This document shows, one piece after another, positions 14,260-28,158 of a stretch of DNA of 43,916 nucleotides. Source of the stretch: Catajapyx aquilonaris. Lineage: Eukaryota. The DNA is taken from positions 1 to 43,916 of the forward strand of contig JYFJ02003286.1 of NCBI GenBank assembly GCA_000934665.2, given 5' to 3'. The translations under genes were made by a program, and so were the position numbers. The notes under the pieces are model-generated. The model was not told the DNA's origin. It worked only from the letters and a program-made list of their open reading frames with translations, and did not search any database. Numbering within the stretch: position 1 is the stretch's first letter; every line of letters starts with the position of its first letter.

Positions 14260-14930
14260 ATGGCATAGCATCTACTCTTTTGCCTGGTGGGAGGACTGCT
14301 CATGCAGCATTCAAACTTCCTCTAAATTTAGCTATACAGGAAAATGCAACATGCAACATCAGCAAGGGTACCGCGGGGTGGGACAACTTTTGAGTCAGTG
14401 CAGGTTAATCGTTTGGGATGAGTGCACCATGTCCCACAAAGCAGCTTTTGAAGCTCTGGACATGACACTGCAGGATATCCGGGAAAGCAAAAAGATTATA
14501 TGGGTGGGAGTAACTTTGGTTTTGGCTGGGGACTTCAGACAGACATTGCCTGTTGTTCCACAAGGCACACGAGCCGATGAGATAAAACCTTGCCTCAAGT
14601 CTTCTTTATCTCTTGACTGGTGTATTATAATTCCATCTCTCTACGAACATGAGGGCCTCTCTGCTTCGTGATTACTCCTCAGAGGAATTTGCACGTGACA
14701 TGTTAAAATTAGGAAATGGCCAATTTAGAACCGATGCCCTAGTGTTGACATGGGATTGATCGGTACAAAGGTGTCCTCTGTCGCTGAATTGAAATTTAAG
14801 GTCGTTCCCAATCTTTGCCTCAACTACCAGAGAGACAGTCGTTGGTTGGGTGAGAGAGCAATTTTAGCTCCGAAAAACAACGCCGTCAATCTTATCAACG
14901 CACAATTCCTCAACCTGGTCCTTATTCCCA
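14260..14930 (+). pseudogene. Decayed PIF1-type helicase fragment from a Helitron Rep-Hel protein
   Basis: GIASTLLPGGRTAHAAFKLPL, LIVWDECTMSHKAAFEALDMTLQDI, VLAGDFRQTLPVV and WLGERAILAPKNNAVNLIN lie in different frames. These are characteristic Helitron/PIF1 SF1 helicase motifs. Confidence 0.9.
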
Positions 14931-17900
14931 CGTAGGTGGTCCAGAGTGTAAAATTATGCATGGAAATTTAATATAGTGAATAAACTCGTCCTAGAGGGAA
15001 AATGCACCATATACTAATCGTGATGACAGATCAAAAATATCGTTGTGAATATGCACAAAATCCTAATGTCATAATTAAACAAAGCGTGTTTAATGACTAC
15101 GCGTCAAAATAATATATTCCAAGATGATTCAGATGTAAGGCATCGATAACATCGACCAATATGTGGGATTAAACCTATACGTTCAGAGTGTCCGCGAAGG
15201 GCAGTTTTCAAAGAGTCGCCTTCGAACTGTAAAACACATATACTAGACTAGTTCAAATAAATGGGAAAGTACTAAGTCGTCATCATTTAGCCAATTACGC
15301 GATGTAAATGGGTCAAATATATATTTAAAATCACCGATTCGGTCACATTTTATCTATTCAGCACGCTCCTAAACTGTGATTCACCCATTTGTTTACGTGT
15401 TCTGACGAGAGAATGTCCACAAGGTGCTCTGGAAATATACCTAACGACTGAGTATACTCACTGGCTGAGCTTATGCTTGGACATAGTGCACGTTTTGCCC
15501 AACACCTTAGACAACACCTAATGAGAACAATGAGGCAACTGCTAGAGTTTGGGAGGAGCGGATGTAAGCCAAAGAGACACATCGTATTGGGGAAACGGAC
15601 CATACTACTCGCCATGAAAGATCGAGTCATGTGATCACTTAAGAGAACTTGTACCAGTACCCGGAGTATAGGCATGTAATTCCTCGCGCGTTTCAGAGTG
15701 ACTTCATGTATACTTGAGAATATTTTATCAGCAACAAAAATGAGAAGTAAATGGAACTTTTCACTCCAGAAGACTGCTATCATATCTGAAAACAAGCAAG
15801 TGAGGTGTATCGTGTATGAACACTGCAAAGTTTCGTGTAATAAAGGTGAGGGGGATCAGGTGACATGAATATTCTTGACCTACTGTATAAACGCTCCCGC
15901 ACACCGCACGATGTATGGCAATGGTGCTGATAAAACACGAAGGACGACACACAGGACGTCAAAAGTGACTGGACACACTTTTAGTGGCATATTGGAGGTG
16001 CACTTGACAGAGAACATAACCAAAAACAGAGGAGAGCGAGACCAATAAGCGAGAAACAGCAGTGATGCAGCTTAACGTGGGTCACGGGCAATATTCCGTC
16101 AGAATTCTACTCGAATACTTGACGTCACTGATACCCACAAACATGTATATCCATCCTGCATGATACATGAGACGATCATGTACGAAGAAGACACTTCATA
16201 TGCTTGTTGCGTGTACTGGGATAGAGAATCTATTGCTGAAAAATCCACAAAGACAACAATGAATTATGAGACATCACTACAGCACTATGAAGTACAGTAT
16301 ATGAATCAATCAGCTCCATGCATTGTCGTCAATATAATTATTACAGTATCACCCACGCCAATAAAATGCAATTCGAGCTGTAAATATTATATAATTACAA
16401 AAATGTTAAGCTAGTGATGACATGGTATATGAAGGTAACAATATAACGAAAACATATGATTGCCAGAAATAAAGTGGCCTCATCATTCCAGCCATGTCCA
16501 ACCAGCAGTGTGACATTTTACTTACTAAAAACAACCATGCACTGCACACACCACGATATTTAATACCCAAATTAACAATATTGTCACTGTAAAAAAATTA
16601 CGTACAATGACAACAAAAGTCCTCCACGAAAACATACGGCAAAAAAATGTGGGAAAGATGGAGACAGAGAGAAGAGAGGAAAGACTGGTGTCTCTCTATG
16701 TGTGTCTCCTAACGACGAAATATCACCACTCTCAATCTGGCAAACCTATTTCCATTTCATTACACTCGTTGCTGGCATTTGGCTAAACTTATGATCTATA
16801 TTCCCCATAGCAAGGTGGTAAGTTCTGAGATATAATATCGGTGTATCAGTTACAGCAGCTAATCAGGAAATGAGGATACATTTTTTTTTAATGTATGGAA
16901 AGATTCCATCTGAGGTACGTATAATTGGGATGTTCAGTTGTTACACAGAGAGACACAAGGTACTTAATATGATCCCGCCGAGTCGAAAGGAGTCAAAATA
17001 GGTGCGCCATCCACACAGACAAGTCTTCGCCAGCTCAGGATAAAGAACTCCGACCTAATAATCGTGCTGAATCAGAGGAATTTCATCTTCACGTCTCAAA
17101 ACAAGAAACGACATGCAAAATCAATTGTGAAAACCATGAATGGATCCTGCGACAAACTCCAAAAACAGGTCACCCATGGTTATACTGGTCAATAACCAGG
17201 ACACGCAGACTTCTTACAAAACCATCACCAATACGTACTTGAGTCATTCACAAATATTAGTACACATTGTATCAATTGATGGACTTCCGATGCAGCATAT
17301 ATAAGAAAAACTGAAGGCATCTTCCGAGACAATGGTTCGCATTCTAGCCCAAATGGAAGAACTCTCTTTTTCTTAGCATTATTCATTGTTAAGCCACATA
17401 GATGACACTTTCATCATTTTGACTATTTTGTCCTCCACACCATCTTGATGAGAAGGCTGAACAGACTACGGAGGTCTTACTACCCTTACTTTTTTACTGA
17501 AGGGAATGTTTTTTTTGCTCTTATTTTAATTTCGTTCAAATACAAAATACATGCATAGTGTAAGTCACAATTGTTGTGCATACTGGCATACCAGATGTAT
17601 GTTCATTGCTGGACATAATGTGAGCATTAATGATGGACAATCTGTGCCATAATAATTGACTCATGTATGGCTTCAACATATCTCGTAGCTCTACGACGTC
17701 AATAACACTTGGATAACAATAATTGGAGCTATAATTTATTATGGTTTGAAGGTAACAATGTACGGAACACATTGAATGATACCAGAAACAAATGGGACAA
17801 GTATGCGAATTGCTTGCCTAAACGAACTTCTCCTAGACCTATGCTTCACAGAGGAGTTCTCGTCCTGTCCCATATGCATTAAGATGAACGCTAATTATAA

Positions 17901-20900
17901 CTGCATCGTTCGCCGTTTGCAGATTGACTCTTTATTAATATACTGCTGTATATTGAGAATGATAAAGACATATTTCAAACGTGACCACGTGGTTTACGCC
18001 TGGATTTGTAGATCTCATATTTCGCTTCCTGAACAGGACACGATATAAATCTACAGTGCGTTTCGTTCTATTATTTGTGGACAACCACTAGGGACATAAC
18101 TAAGCCTATACATGTGGACCACCAACAGGAACACAAACTCTGGGACATAATAACGTATAGGGCCAGACGGCCAGAGATTGAGCAGCAAGACCTTGGAATC
18201 ACGGGAATAGTACAAACCCATTCTTCACAGGCTAGCTGTTAATGTCATGATCTGGGACGAGACGAAAATGAAGAAATGACCAACAAATGCGGCCTGTAGA
18301 AAATTTTAACAGTGTCAATCTGACTGAATTTGAAAAAAGCTGTCAAGAGGAGAGTCCGGACAGAACCAGTGGATGTTCCGTCACACAGCTATACTACTAC
18401 AGACTATAACCATAGGCTATATCGCAACTTTCTTACTTAATTTTTAAAAAAACTAACGTCCTCTCTGGGATCTTAAGACAAGACAGTGATATCAAAAGAA
18501 AAGACACCATTAAGTCCACTCTGATTGGGAGTAGCCCTTACCTCTGTGAGATTATTATCAATATGTCACAGCATTTTGCCAAGAGTAGTAGTTAACAGCC
18601 AAAAGTGTAATAAAAACTACATAATTAATATACTAAGAAAGTGTATAAGATATGGTTGTTACGAACACCGGCAGACCCTTCAATGGGCATCGCTGGATAT
18701 AATGTGAGCAATGACGACAAGGAACAACAAACCCAGCATGTTGAAACAACGAACGACAACAGTGTTATTGCCAGAACACCTTTTGCACATCTTGCCACAA
18801 GTAGGTCTATACCATTAACAGTGAATTGAAAGTTTAAGGAGGACGATCCGGCATAGCTTAACAGGATGATTTTTGTTATACAAAATATAATTGATAATAA
18901 TTGATATAATAAAGTAGAGCGACACCAATATATTAATGACAAACTGATGCAGTAAATAGAGTAGAGAAGTGATACTGTACTTTTTTGGTGTATTTTGTAT
19001 AACAAAATTATAAGTTTATTTCTATTGAAAATTACTATCACTGCATTTATCAAGTCGAGTAGTTAATTAACTGGACGTAGCCATAAGTATGAGGTCTATG
19101 GGTGTGACCGCAGGAGGCAAACACTTCTCCCAAAATCATTTCCAATTACGACGTAGATATACCAGTACTGTATTTTAGTCAATTACAAGAAGTGGCACAC
19201 ATTGAATTTTTTAAAACCCAAATTATGACTTACATTCCTAAGTGCAATAATTGATTAGCCTGTACTCAAGTATGGACATCAACATATCTCGCAGCTCTAC
19301 GACGCCAATAAACAATATTATGATAACAATTGGAGCTATAGTTCCACTCCGATTATAAACGTGTTCATAAGCCGGTGATATGGTTTTGAAGGTAACCACA
19401 AGGGACACATGGAATGCTACCAGAAATCAATTGGACGTGTACGCGAATTGCTTGCCAAACGACTTTCTACCAGGCATGTACACTTTGACTATGAAGATCA
19501 AAGTGCACCTTTCGCCGTTCTCAGAGCCATATATTTTATTATAATATAAATACATCTTTCAACATGACCAAGTCGTTTATTCTTGGATTTTCAGACCTCA
19601 TCTTTCGCTTCCTATAATACTGATCACGATCTATACGCTACGTTTGGTTCCATTATTTGTGGACAACCACTAGGAACATAACTATGCCTGTGTGTGGCCC
19701 ATCGAAATTGAGACGAAGCGACAACATATAGGGCCAGAGGAACAAAGATTTAGCAGCCATGGAATCATGGCAAAAGCACTAAAGAGAAGGCCGCACAGTA
19801 ATGAGCATTACTATGTAAAAACATATAGTTAAGTAATAAATTGTTGCGCAGAACAAATCACATTCACAATAAATGATGGGATGTACCAGACATGGAAGAA
19901 TCACAAATAATATAACTTACTGTATTTTAAAATATGCGGGGTATATGGCATGATGGTATATACCGCTATGATTCTTGAAACCAGACATCAGTGAAAGGAT
20001 ATTGAATACTGAATACCGAATACTGAACACTGAATGCTACTGTCAAATAATAAGAAAAAAAAATTGTCTCATAATTCCAGCCATGCCCAGCCAGTGTGAC
20101 ATTTATTTAAACAATCATACACACTGTTCACACCAAATTGAAATGACGTACAATGGTGATAATAGTAATTCAAGAAAAAATGAGACGCTGCTACAGGAAG
20201 ACACACAAAGGTGGTCTCTCTTTGTCTGTATTCCAACGACAAAATCACTATCCAAAATCTGGTTTAACCCAATGAATCCGCAGGGTTCTTCATGTTTGCA
20301 ATAAAGTAACGCATACATTTAAATATATTAATGATTTAAAAATGGCATATTATTAAGCAAATAAAACTGGAGAGTAGGTTTACCGTCATCACACTATATT
20401 GCAACAGCCAGTATGTTAACGGCCTTTATGTAAGCAGCCTTCTACGAAAATATGTGTAGCAACAACCTCTGACGGACGCAGGCAACGAGACATCATATTG
20501 CGGGAATGGACCACACTAGTAGCCATGACAGATCACAGATTAGAACAGTTCGAAACTTTATTTCTGCACAGGAGAACTGCGGTACTGGAATTGGCCGCCT
20601 ACACCGACAAAAATAAGATTACGGATTACTCCTCAACCGGTAATTTATATAATGTGTGCGCGCAAGCACATTTCAATGAAGACAATATTGCTGTGAAAAT
20701 GCACAAAACATATCTCTTAATAATAAAACGTGATGTGTATTACCCATACAACCCAAAGGAATCCAAAAGTGCTATTTATCATCTAACCAGACTAAAGACC
20801 TTGTGGCCATCACATCACCTCATTCATTGAATGACGTTACACATTCTAGACAGTCCTCCAAGATAACAAAGTGACATACAAGACACAGCACCCTGCGTCA

Positions 20901-23900
20901 AGAGTCCTACTCGACCATGCCAGGTATGGGTTAGATCCAAGCTGACAGCAGTGAAATGATATTGAAATAATATTCGTCACCTCCACTAAGAAGCATGATC
21001 AACAAATACCATGAGTTGCGACACATCCATGTAGAAGCCACCAGAGTGAACGAGTCTCTGAATCCGAAGACGAAGATAAAATAGTAGACAGGGAAGGTGA
21101 GAAGTTACTTTCAACTGCTACACGTAACTTAATAATTTGCGAAATAATATTTATTGACAGGGGGGCTCTCCTGTCATCTACAGTACAAGGGAACCCGTGG
21201 AGAAACCCAGTAAAGTGCATCGTTCGCCGTTCGCAGATTGGGTCTTTATTAATATAAAGATATCTCTCCAACATGACTGGCTTATTCCTGGATTTTCAGA
21301 CGTCATATTTCGCTTCCTACTGCTGACCACGATCTACGCTGTTTTGTTTTATTATTTGTGGACAACTACTAGGTAACATCATAACTGACACAAATAAGAA
21401 CGACTTGGAAAACAACGAATAAGGCCAGAGGACCAAAGATTGAGAAGCAAGACGCTTTTCCTTAATGCCTTGGAATCATGGAAATAGCACCAATCCAGAA
21501 TCCACTCTAGGAAGTCGAAGAGGAAAGGGCATCGAACTATATGCACTACGCAAGAAGTCGATTCGAAGGGTGGGAAAATATAACGTGCCTTCATTGGGGT
21601 AGATGGATAGCAGTAGAAAAATGATGATATGAAACCGCAACCATTACAGTACAAAGAGACAATGCCTCATATTACCAATGCAATGGCTAAAAATTGCGCC
21701 GAGAAAAAAAGGAAGGAAGACGCTAAGCCACTAGTCAATCTCAAAAATCCAAAACACGACTAGTATGGTTATCCTGTAACCCCTAAACAGCACCGACATT
21801 GTAAGACATTGTTGCAAAATAACTCGCATCTGTCTCCTATCCCAAATACCTGCGTCAGACTTGGGTGGCCCTATAGACGAAGCTGCCGTGAATTTTGAAA
21901 TGTTCTCACTTAGCATTTAACTGAAATTGGTTTCATGTGGCATAAAATTCAGCAGAGTTACAAGGATACGACAATGAATGGCTGTTAAATTATTTTTCAG
22001 CTGCGTCACCTATAAAACGGCTATAACAGACCTCGGTTATAATAACACTTTTTTTTCCACGTCCATAGTCACTATCCATTGTTACTATGGATCTATGGTT
22101 ACATAATATTGCTACAACAATGTAATATGATAAACTCATAAAGGGTGGTGACCATGTGCAGTGATGACGCATGCTGACAGAAATTACTCTCAGTCAGGAG
22201 CAGCTATATCATACCAGAAGACTGCAAGAACTGCGCCATCTACATGCAAACACTCGATCGCTGGATCCAACACAGCGGAGGACATCTTATGATGCACGTA
22301 GACGTCATGTTGAATCACAGAAATATTTCATTTTTACATGTCAGAACAATCATTTTTAATTAAATGGAGCAAAATCTTAATGAATTTTTTGAGACAAGCT
22401 CCGAAAAACAGCTGAATGATTCACATGCTGCTAATTAACGGTTATCATTGTTAACATTACGTCCAGATATGGCTGTGTGTGCTTAACACCATAGCTTAAG
22501 TACATTTATTTCTTATGCTAAGAGCATGACATTTAATTCCTTACATGAAAGACATTGGGGTTAACAAAGGAAAGCTGGGGATGAACTTTCCCTGACCACA
22601 TAAACATTAACCAGGTAAGTCACTCGTGGCATAAATAATAACACATTTCACAGGACAATAAGTACTAATAACTCCTACTTTCATTTACGTATGTCCACAT
22701 TAAAACGTTAAAAGTCTGCCAAACATAGAGAGACAGGATTGAGAACTCTTATTACTCCTGCTGAATCAGATAAGACTGTTTCATAATCAAGTGAACGACC
22801 ATAAAATTTTACAATAAATGGCACAAACCGACATGGGTGATGAGACACACTCCAGCAACATTATTCCGTTCACGTCTTGGCTGTTTTGTTACCTGGTAGA
22901 ATAATAAATAGTGGGATACAATGTAACCTGTTAAGTATCAGAAACATTCCAGCAGGATAACGTCTTATACCTGCTACGACTGACTCACCAGGAGAAGAGT
23001 GGATCATGCAGAAAACCTGGTTCAGCTTATGCGACTGATGTGTCAAAAACAGTAATCCATTCACTCCTGGACAAACACAGATGATCAGGAAGAATGTTAA
23101 TTCACAGCACAGTGTTTCATTACAAGGCGGTCAAGAATTCACACAATAATAATAATGCCACGCACAAGCAGCAATAATGAGTCACAATATGACATTCACA
23201 TACACAGTACCACGTTTAATGCGATCCTGCCGAGGAGAAATGTGTAAAGCGCATCAGAATGATGAACGGCGACAGAATACTCCTGCTGGTAGTTACTCCC
23301 TTCTTTCAGCCCGACCACAGTCTCCTATTCAAGACCAGGTACAGTACGCGTACAAACGGTACGTCTAATCCTATTGCCACATGGTCAGGTCAAACATACA
23401 CATAAATGAACATTCACATTGCGAAATGCAACACCATGGTGTGAATTACAGTAAAAAGCAGTGCAAGAACCACGAGGACTGGGAGAATATTGCTTCCAGC
23501 TCTTCCCAATGAAGATATAGATTATAGACGAATACAAATTGCAAATTGCAACATGCCAGGTGATGGCCAACATCAACACCAGAGTGAAATTACAACTGCC
23601 GAAGAGAAAGTGAGTTCATATCACTATAAACACTCGCTTTGAATCACTGAAGTGTCATCATCACAATGTAAGAACAACCAATATTCAGAATAAATGGTGC
23701 AAAACCGACACGGTTGTTGAGAAACGCTCCAATGGAACGGATAATATTTAATGCCTAAATTCAAAGACGATAAAAAGTCATTGAGGTTGAGGTGTGACAT
23801 TCATTGAGATTATACGACTTTGAGTAAGTCCATTGCAAAATGCGATACAAATTGCATTAACTTTCAGTCCTAAGTGCAGAAATGTGACAACACAATAATT

Positions 23901-24700
23901 ACTGCTCATGAGGTATATAATAGGGCGCTTTCACTTTTAAAGCCTCAATGTGTTTATACTAACGGCATCTTCCAAACCAACCAGGATTCATTTGCACCAG
24001 CTAGAAGGACCGGCCTTCATAATTTAGTAAGAAGTAATTCTTTATCGGTAACCACAAATACCACTATTGAAGACATAACAATTCGTAACGTTCGCCACAA
24101 CAACAATGATCCAAACTAATATCCAACCTAAGACAAGTTTGTGGTGTGTATGTCATAACTCATTATTATCACAAAAGACAAAGACATCAGAACTGCAGAA
24201 AGTAAGCTGTGGATCCAATAATCTCACTGCGTATTAATAAAGTCATCTTGTACCAATTACAGCAGTATCACATGCTAACACCACCAGGTCATGCCGCTAG
24301 TTTTTATTGTAGTTACAATTATAGAGAGTGCAGCGTACACGTTTGATGGAATTGGATGTTTGTTACTCGGTAAAAATAAGAACCTAACTTCCATCTAATG
24401 CTGTGCATATTATTTCGCATCTCACCATCGCCAACCCGTGCTAGATCATCACAATATTCCAGACGGAATATGCATGATGAAGTGAGATATTATTTTAATC
24501 ATGTCATGAATATTAGGCATGTCACAGTAGCACACAGATAATTCAGACGACCCATTTGGAAGACCTACTCTTCCGCTTCCTGGCACTATGTCTTCTTGAA
24601 CTAGCCCGGCCAACTGACTGTAGTCAGTAATATAGAAAGTGTAATACGTTTTTCAGGTGGTCAGCCCACCTCCTTGGAAGGACTGTAGTGTGGAGGAATG

Positions 24701-25140
24701 GAGGAAGCTGATGGAAGGATAATTGCACACGTCAGGGATATGGCTCCTAATGGAGCGCGGTCCGTTGTGATCAGGTGCAGCGATATACAGACGTACTCGC
24801 CCTTGTCGTCTCCTACTTTCATGTTCTGCAGCGTCTTGGACTGAAAGAGCTTTGGGTACTATTCGGTAATGCCGCAAACCGACGCGACGGTACATCCCAG
24901 TTCACGGCATTGCGAAATCACTGGAAGAAAAGAAGGATTTACAGGCTGCGACACAGTATCTTTCTTTTCTTCGAGGGGAAGAAAGTCAGCATGGCATATC
25001 CTGAGGCGACCAGTGCTTTCCTGAAGTTGGCTACTGCAAGTGAAGAGCAGCCTCGAGATGTCCTACAAACTCTCGAGAGATTCACAGTGCTTATGTACGA
25101 CACGAAGAGTAACTCCTGGAGTACAGACGAGGCACGTGTG
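24701..25140 (+). pseudogene. Frameshifted FEN1/XPG-like (PIN + H3TH) nuclease fragment, probably transposon-borne
   Basis: Reading across frameshifts: EEADGRIIAH...VVIRCSD/TDV...ELWVLFG...RRYIPVHGIAKSL...FTGCDTVSFFSSRGRKSAW...LERFTVLMYD...DEAR. The EAD, DxD and GCD motifs match 5'-nuclease families. Confidence 0.7.
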
Positions 25141-27857
25141 GTCAATTACATCATCTTCTACACTGCATTACAGGGACTACATGATTGTTTAGAATTAACT
25201 GGCAAAATAAGTAGAAAATTGTGTACAACCTAGCTGTGAGGTGTCATCACAGTTGCAGTCGGAATATACTGTGATGACTGATTTACATTCGATGTTCATA
25301 CTGGATCGTGCAGCAAAACTACTAGGTCGTTCTGCTCATAGCATGTGGCAAGCAATGTACATTTATTAGACGAGAAGCAGGAGGAGGCTTATGCGACTGA
25401 TGTGCAGTCAAATCCAGCACTTCATTCACTCCTAGACACATGTGAGGAAGAATGTTATTAAGCAGCATAGTGCTGTTTGCTAAAAAGGAGCCAAGAATTC
25501 ACTTTTTTTAAAAACTACCATGCCACAAGGAGCAATAGTGAGTCACAATATAAAATTCCTCTTATGAGACACACTATCCTTTTTCATAGCCAACCTAATT
25601 ACTACCAGGATAATTTTATATGCACATACACAGTACCACGCTGAGTCAAAATGTACACCATGATGATCGAGGCAGATCACGGAATGCGCCTGCTGAGCAA
25701 TAAGATTTCAATTCAGAGCCCTGGTCGTCTTCCCTTCTTTCAGCTCAACTACAGCCTGCAATACATTTGCTGGATCATGTGACGTAACAAGGCCAGTTGG
25801 TCTGAAGAGATGGTTACAAAATGGTAGATAACAGGACATAACGTGGTCAATCATCAGGAAGCAATCAGTTAATACTAATAGGTCTATTTACTCTAACAGT
25901 GCACCAGGAAGGCAACTGTCACAAAGACAAGTATAAATTGCGAATGACACATAATCATAATTGATCGTAATGGATCACAGTAGAGATCACAGATGTACAA
26001 GAGGCGGCCAGATTCTTATTATGCCATGGCATCTGAGACCATTCCAACATCACAAAATACGTAGAAGCCGGCACAAGAAGTGCTCTACCACATGTTATTT
26101 TCATGACCATTACAATTCAAAAACATTTACTTGAACCTCGAAGACTGTGGAGAAAAATATACTCCTGAAAGATATCTACAGTAGCCATACTTCGGACAAA
26201 TACTCCAGAACCATATGTCCACCAACCGCCAGAGAAGGACATGATGACACCTTATATCACCAGCAGCAAGTCATCAGCTTCCACCTACTATGTATACCCA
26301 TGACCCCACCAAGGTCGACAATATCTGAAAAACGCAAAGTGACTCCAGGTCTGAGCATGAATTTCGACAAGGAAAATGACGAACATCGTTATACAACCCA
26401 GGATAGCAGACCAGGTATACAGCTAACTATGTGACAGCCATTCCAACAGACGCTAACATTCATTGATGAGATGTGGAACCCTGGACCCTCACGACCAGCT
26501 TGATGAAAAGGAGTGGCCCTTGAGGATCCCCTCCCCCCCATATATTTTTACAAGATGGGAGATATGACTGTAACGTGCCTTAAAGTACCGGTACTATTCC
26601 AAAGACAGTGCGTTGTTGATATCTATGCAAAAAAAAGGACGTTATTAGTTGGTTGACACATGTTGGTTACACTCAACATGACTATTTGGACTATTGCTGT
26701 AGTTTGACTCCCCTTGTACTCAAGCCTAATCGATTGTTACCATGTATAGATCACCTTGCCAACCATTGTTGAAACTATGTTCTCAACAATCTATAACACT
26801 GTGTACAGCAAATGCTGTTGCCACAGGGTCAGGTAAAAGGAACATTATTAACTGCCAAATGCAATACCATGGTGTGAATCCTGCTAAGCGCTCAAAGCCT
26901 ACAGTCTGCGAAACTATGAAGCTTAAATTCTAAGGTGGAGAAGGACATATATCTCAATAACTTTTGAGATTCCTGGAGGAGACATGTCCAGCACACACTA
27001 CATGAGATTCCAAATATGAATGCTGAATAGTGACTACTCGTCTATATTATAGCAGTAATGGAGAACATGACAAGGAGACCACAGATAGCGACCAACAGGG
27101 CTACCCTGGGACATAGGCGAATGTGCCATCTCCTACCCACTCTTGTAATGTTCATCCTTCTTACATTGTCGTAAAGGTTAATAACGACAACACACATACT
27201 CATAGTGAAGAGACCAATGTCGCGCAGGTGGAGGACACCGCTTGAACAACAGAATAATTCTAACGATAACTATGATGGATTCAAATAATAAAAGGCCTGT
27301 ATTCGGCTAATATTGCGCTGAATAGAAGCATTACCAGACATTATAGGGCCCCTGAAATGAGAGACATGTGCAGCCTTGAGATATTCGGAACACAAGCTAT
27401 ACAGCGGCATACAATAACTAATTACATCAAGTTAATCACCCTGACAAGCCTAACGTAGTGAAGTCTCCGCCGAGTGAAGTAACCAATATTGTTTGAGGTT
27501 AACGTAACAATCATTTTTCGCCTCAAACAATACTCTGGGCTGACTGTAGCCTGCACTGTACGGCAGTAACCTTGAGAATAATTTCTCACTAAAAAATAAT
27601 ATCAATGTAGCACCCAGTAATGTCGCCCAGTGCATTTCAATTCATCATACGACGACAGCTATTAAATCAATGTAAAACATTGGAAGAATAATCGGGCCAT
27701 CAGCTTCTCATAGTCAAAAATATGATGAAATTTACGAACAGATTGTTCTTTCGTCAGAATATTAAAAAGAAGAAGAAAATAAAATTCGATCAGAACAGAC
27801 CCAGACAACCCAAACCCAAGCCCTGTTTTTACCAGCCACACAGAGAGAGGGCAGGCT

Positions 27858-28158
27858 TTTTATATGTACTCTTCTGATAGTCCTGCCCCAGGTCCTGCCC
27901 CCGGGGCCGCCCGTGGACCGAGGCAGGGGCGGGATCGGAGCCCGAAAAAAAAGAACGTTCCAGAAACAGACGCCATTTTGAAGAGAGAGAGAGAGTGAGA
28001 GAGAAAAATCCGTGACGTCACCGATTTACACGGCACAACAGTGCGCCGCGCGTACACACGCTACTGGCCAATGTGTTGACACCATCCAATCAGAAGCCGT
28101 AAGCAATCGCACAACTTCACCGTGTAATAACCCGAGGTTTTACACTGTGCGCATGCGC
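27858..28158 (-). promoter_or_regulatory. Motif-dense Pol II promoter facing leftwards
   Basis: NRF1-type TGCGCATGCGC 28148-28158; CCAAT at ~28069 and ~28086; perfect CRE GTGACGTCAC 28012-28021; (CT)n tract; YY1-type AAAATGGCG 27971-27979; GC box 27926-27933; TATAAAA on the minus strand 27858-27864; locally CpG-rich. Confidence 0.6.

Larger units (their letters stand above)
4667..27120. repeat. Mosaic of short (50-500 bp) diverged direct-repeat modules, 2-5 copies each, in shuffled order
   Basis: Approximate pairs: 4884-5007/7086-7212; 4981-5222/9337-9575; 5462-5639/8419-8599; 6271-6434/8846-9001; 4667-4737/12918-12987/16107-16177; 12775-12910/15859-15990; 7421-7510/13032-13121; 17673-18205/19279-19770/21216-21485; 5710-5990/20360-20580; 23020-23310/25385-25750; 11481-11532/21103-21160; 10803-10857/26465-26515. 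All copies are in the same orientation, with frame-breaking indels. Confidence 0.85.

Noticed and set aside
15358..15828. 156-aa minus-strand ORF (and similar 60-140-aa ORFs between 3 and 27 kb)
   Set aside because: No recognisable domain, composition typical of chance ORFs, and no consistent splice model.
4667..27120. Dscam-like array of alternative coding exons
   Set aside because: Module copies differ by indels that are not multiples of three, lack consistent splice flanks and give no conserved peptide.
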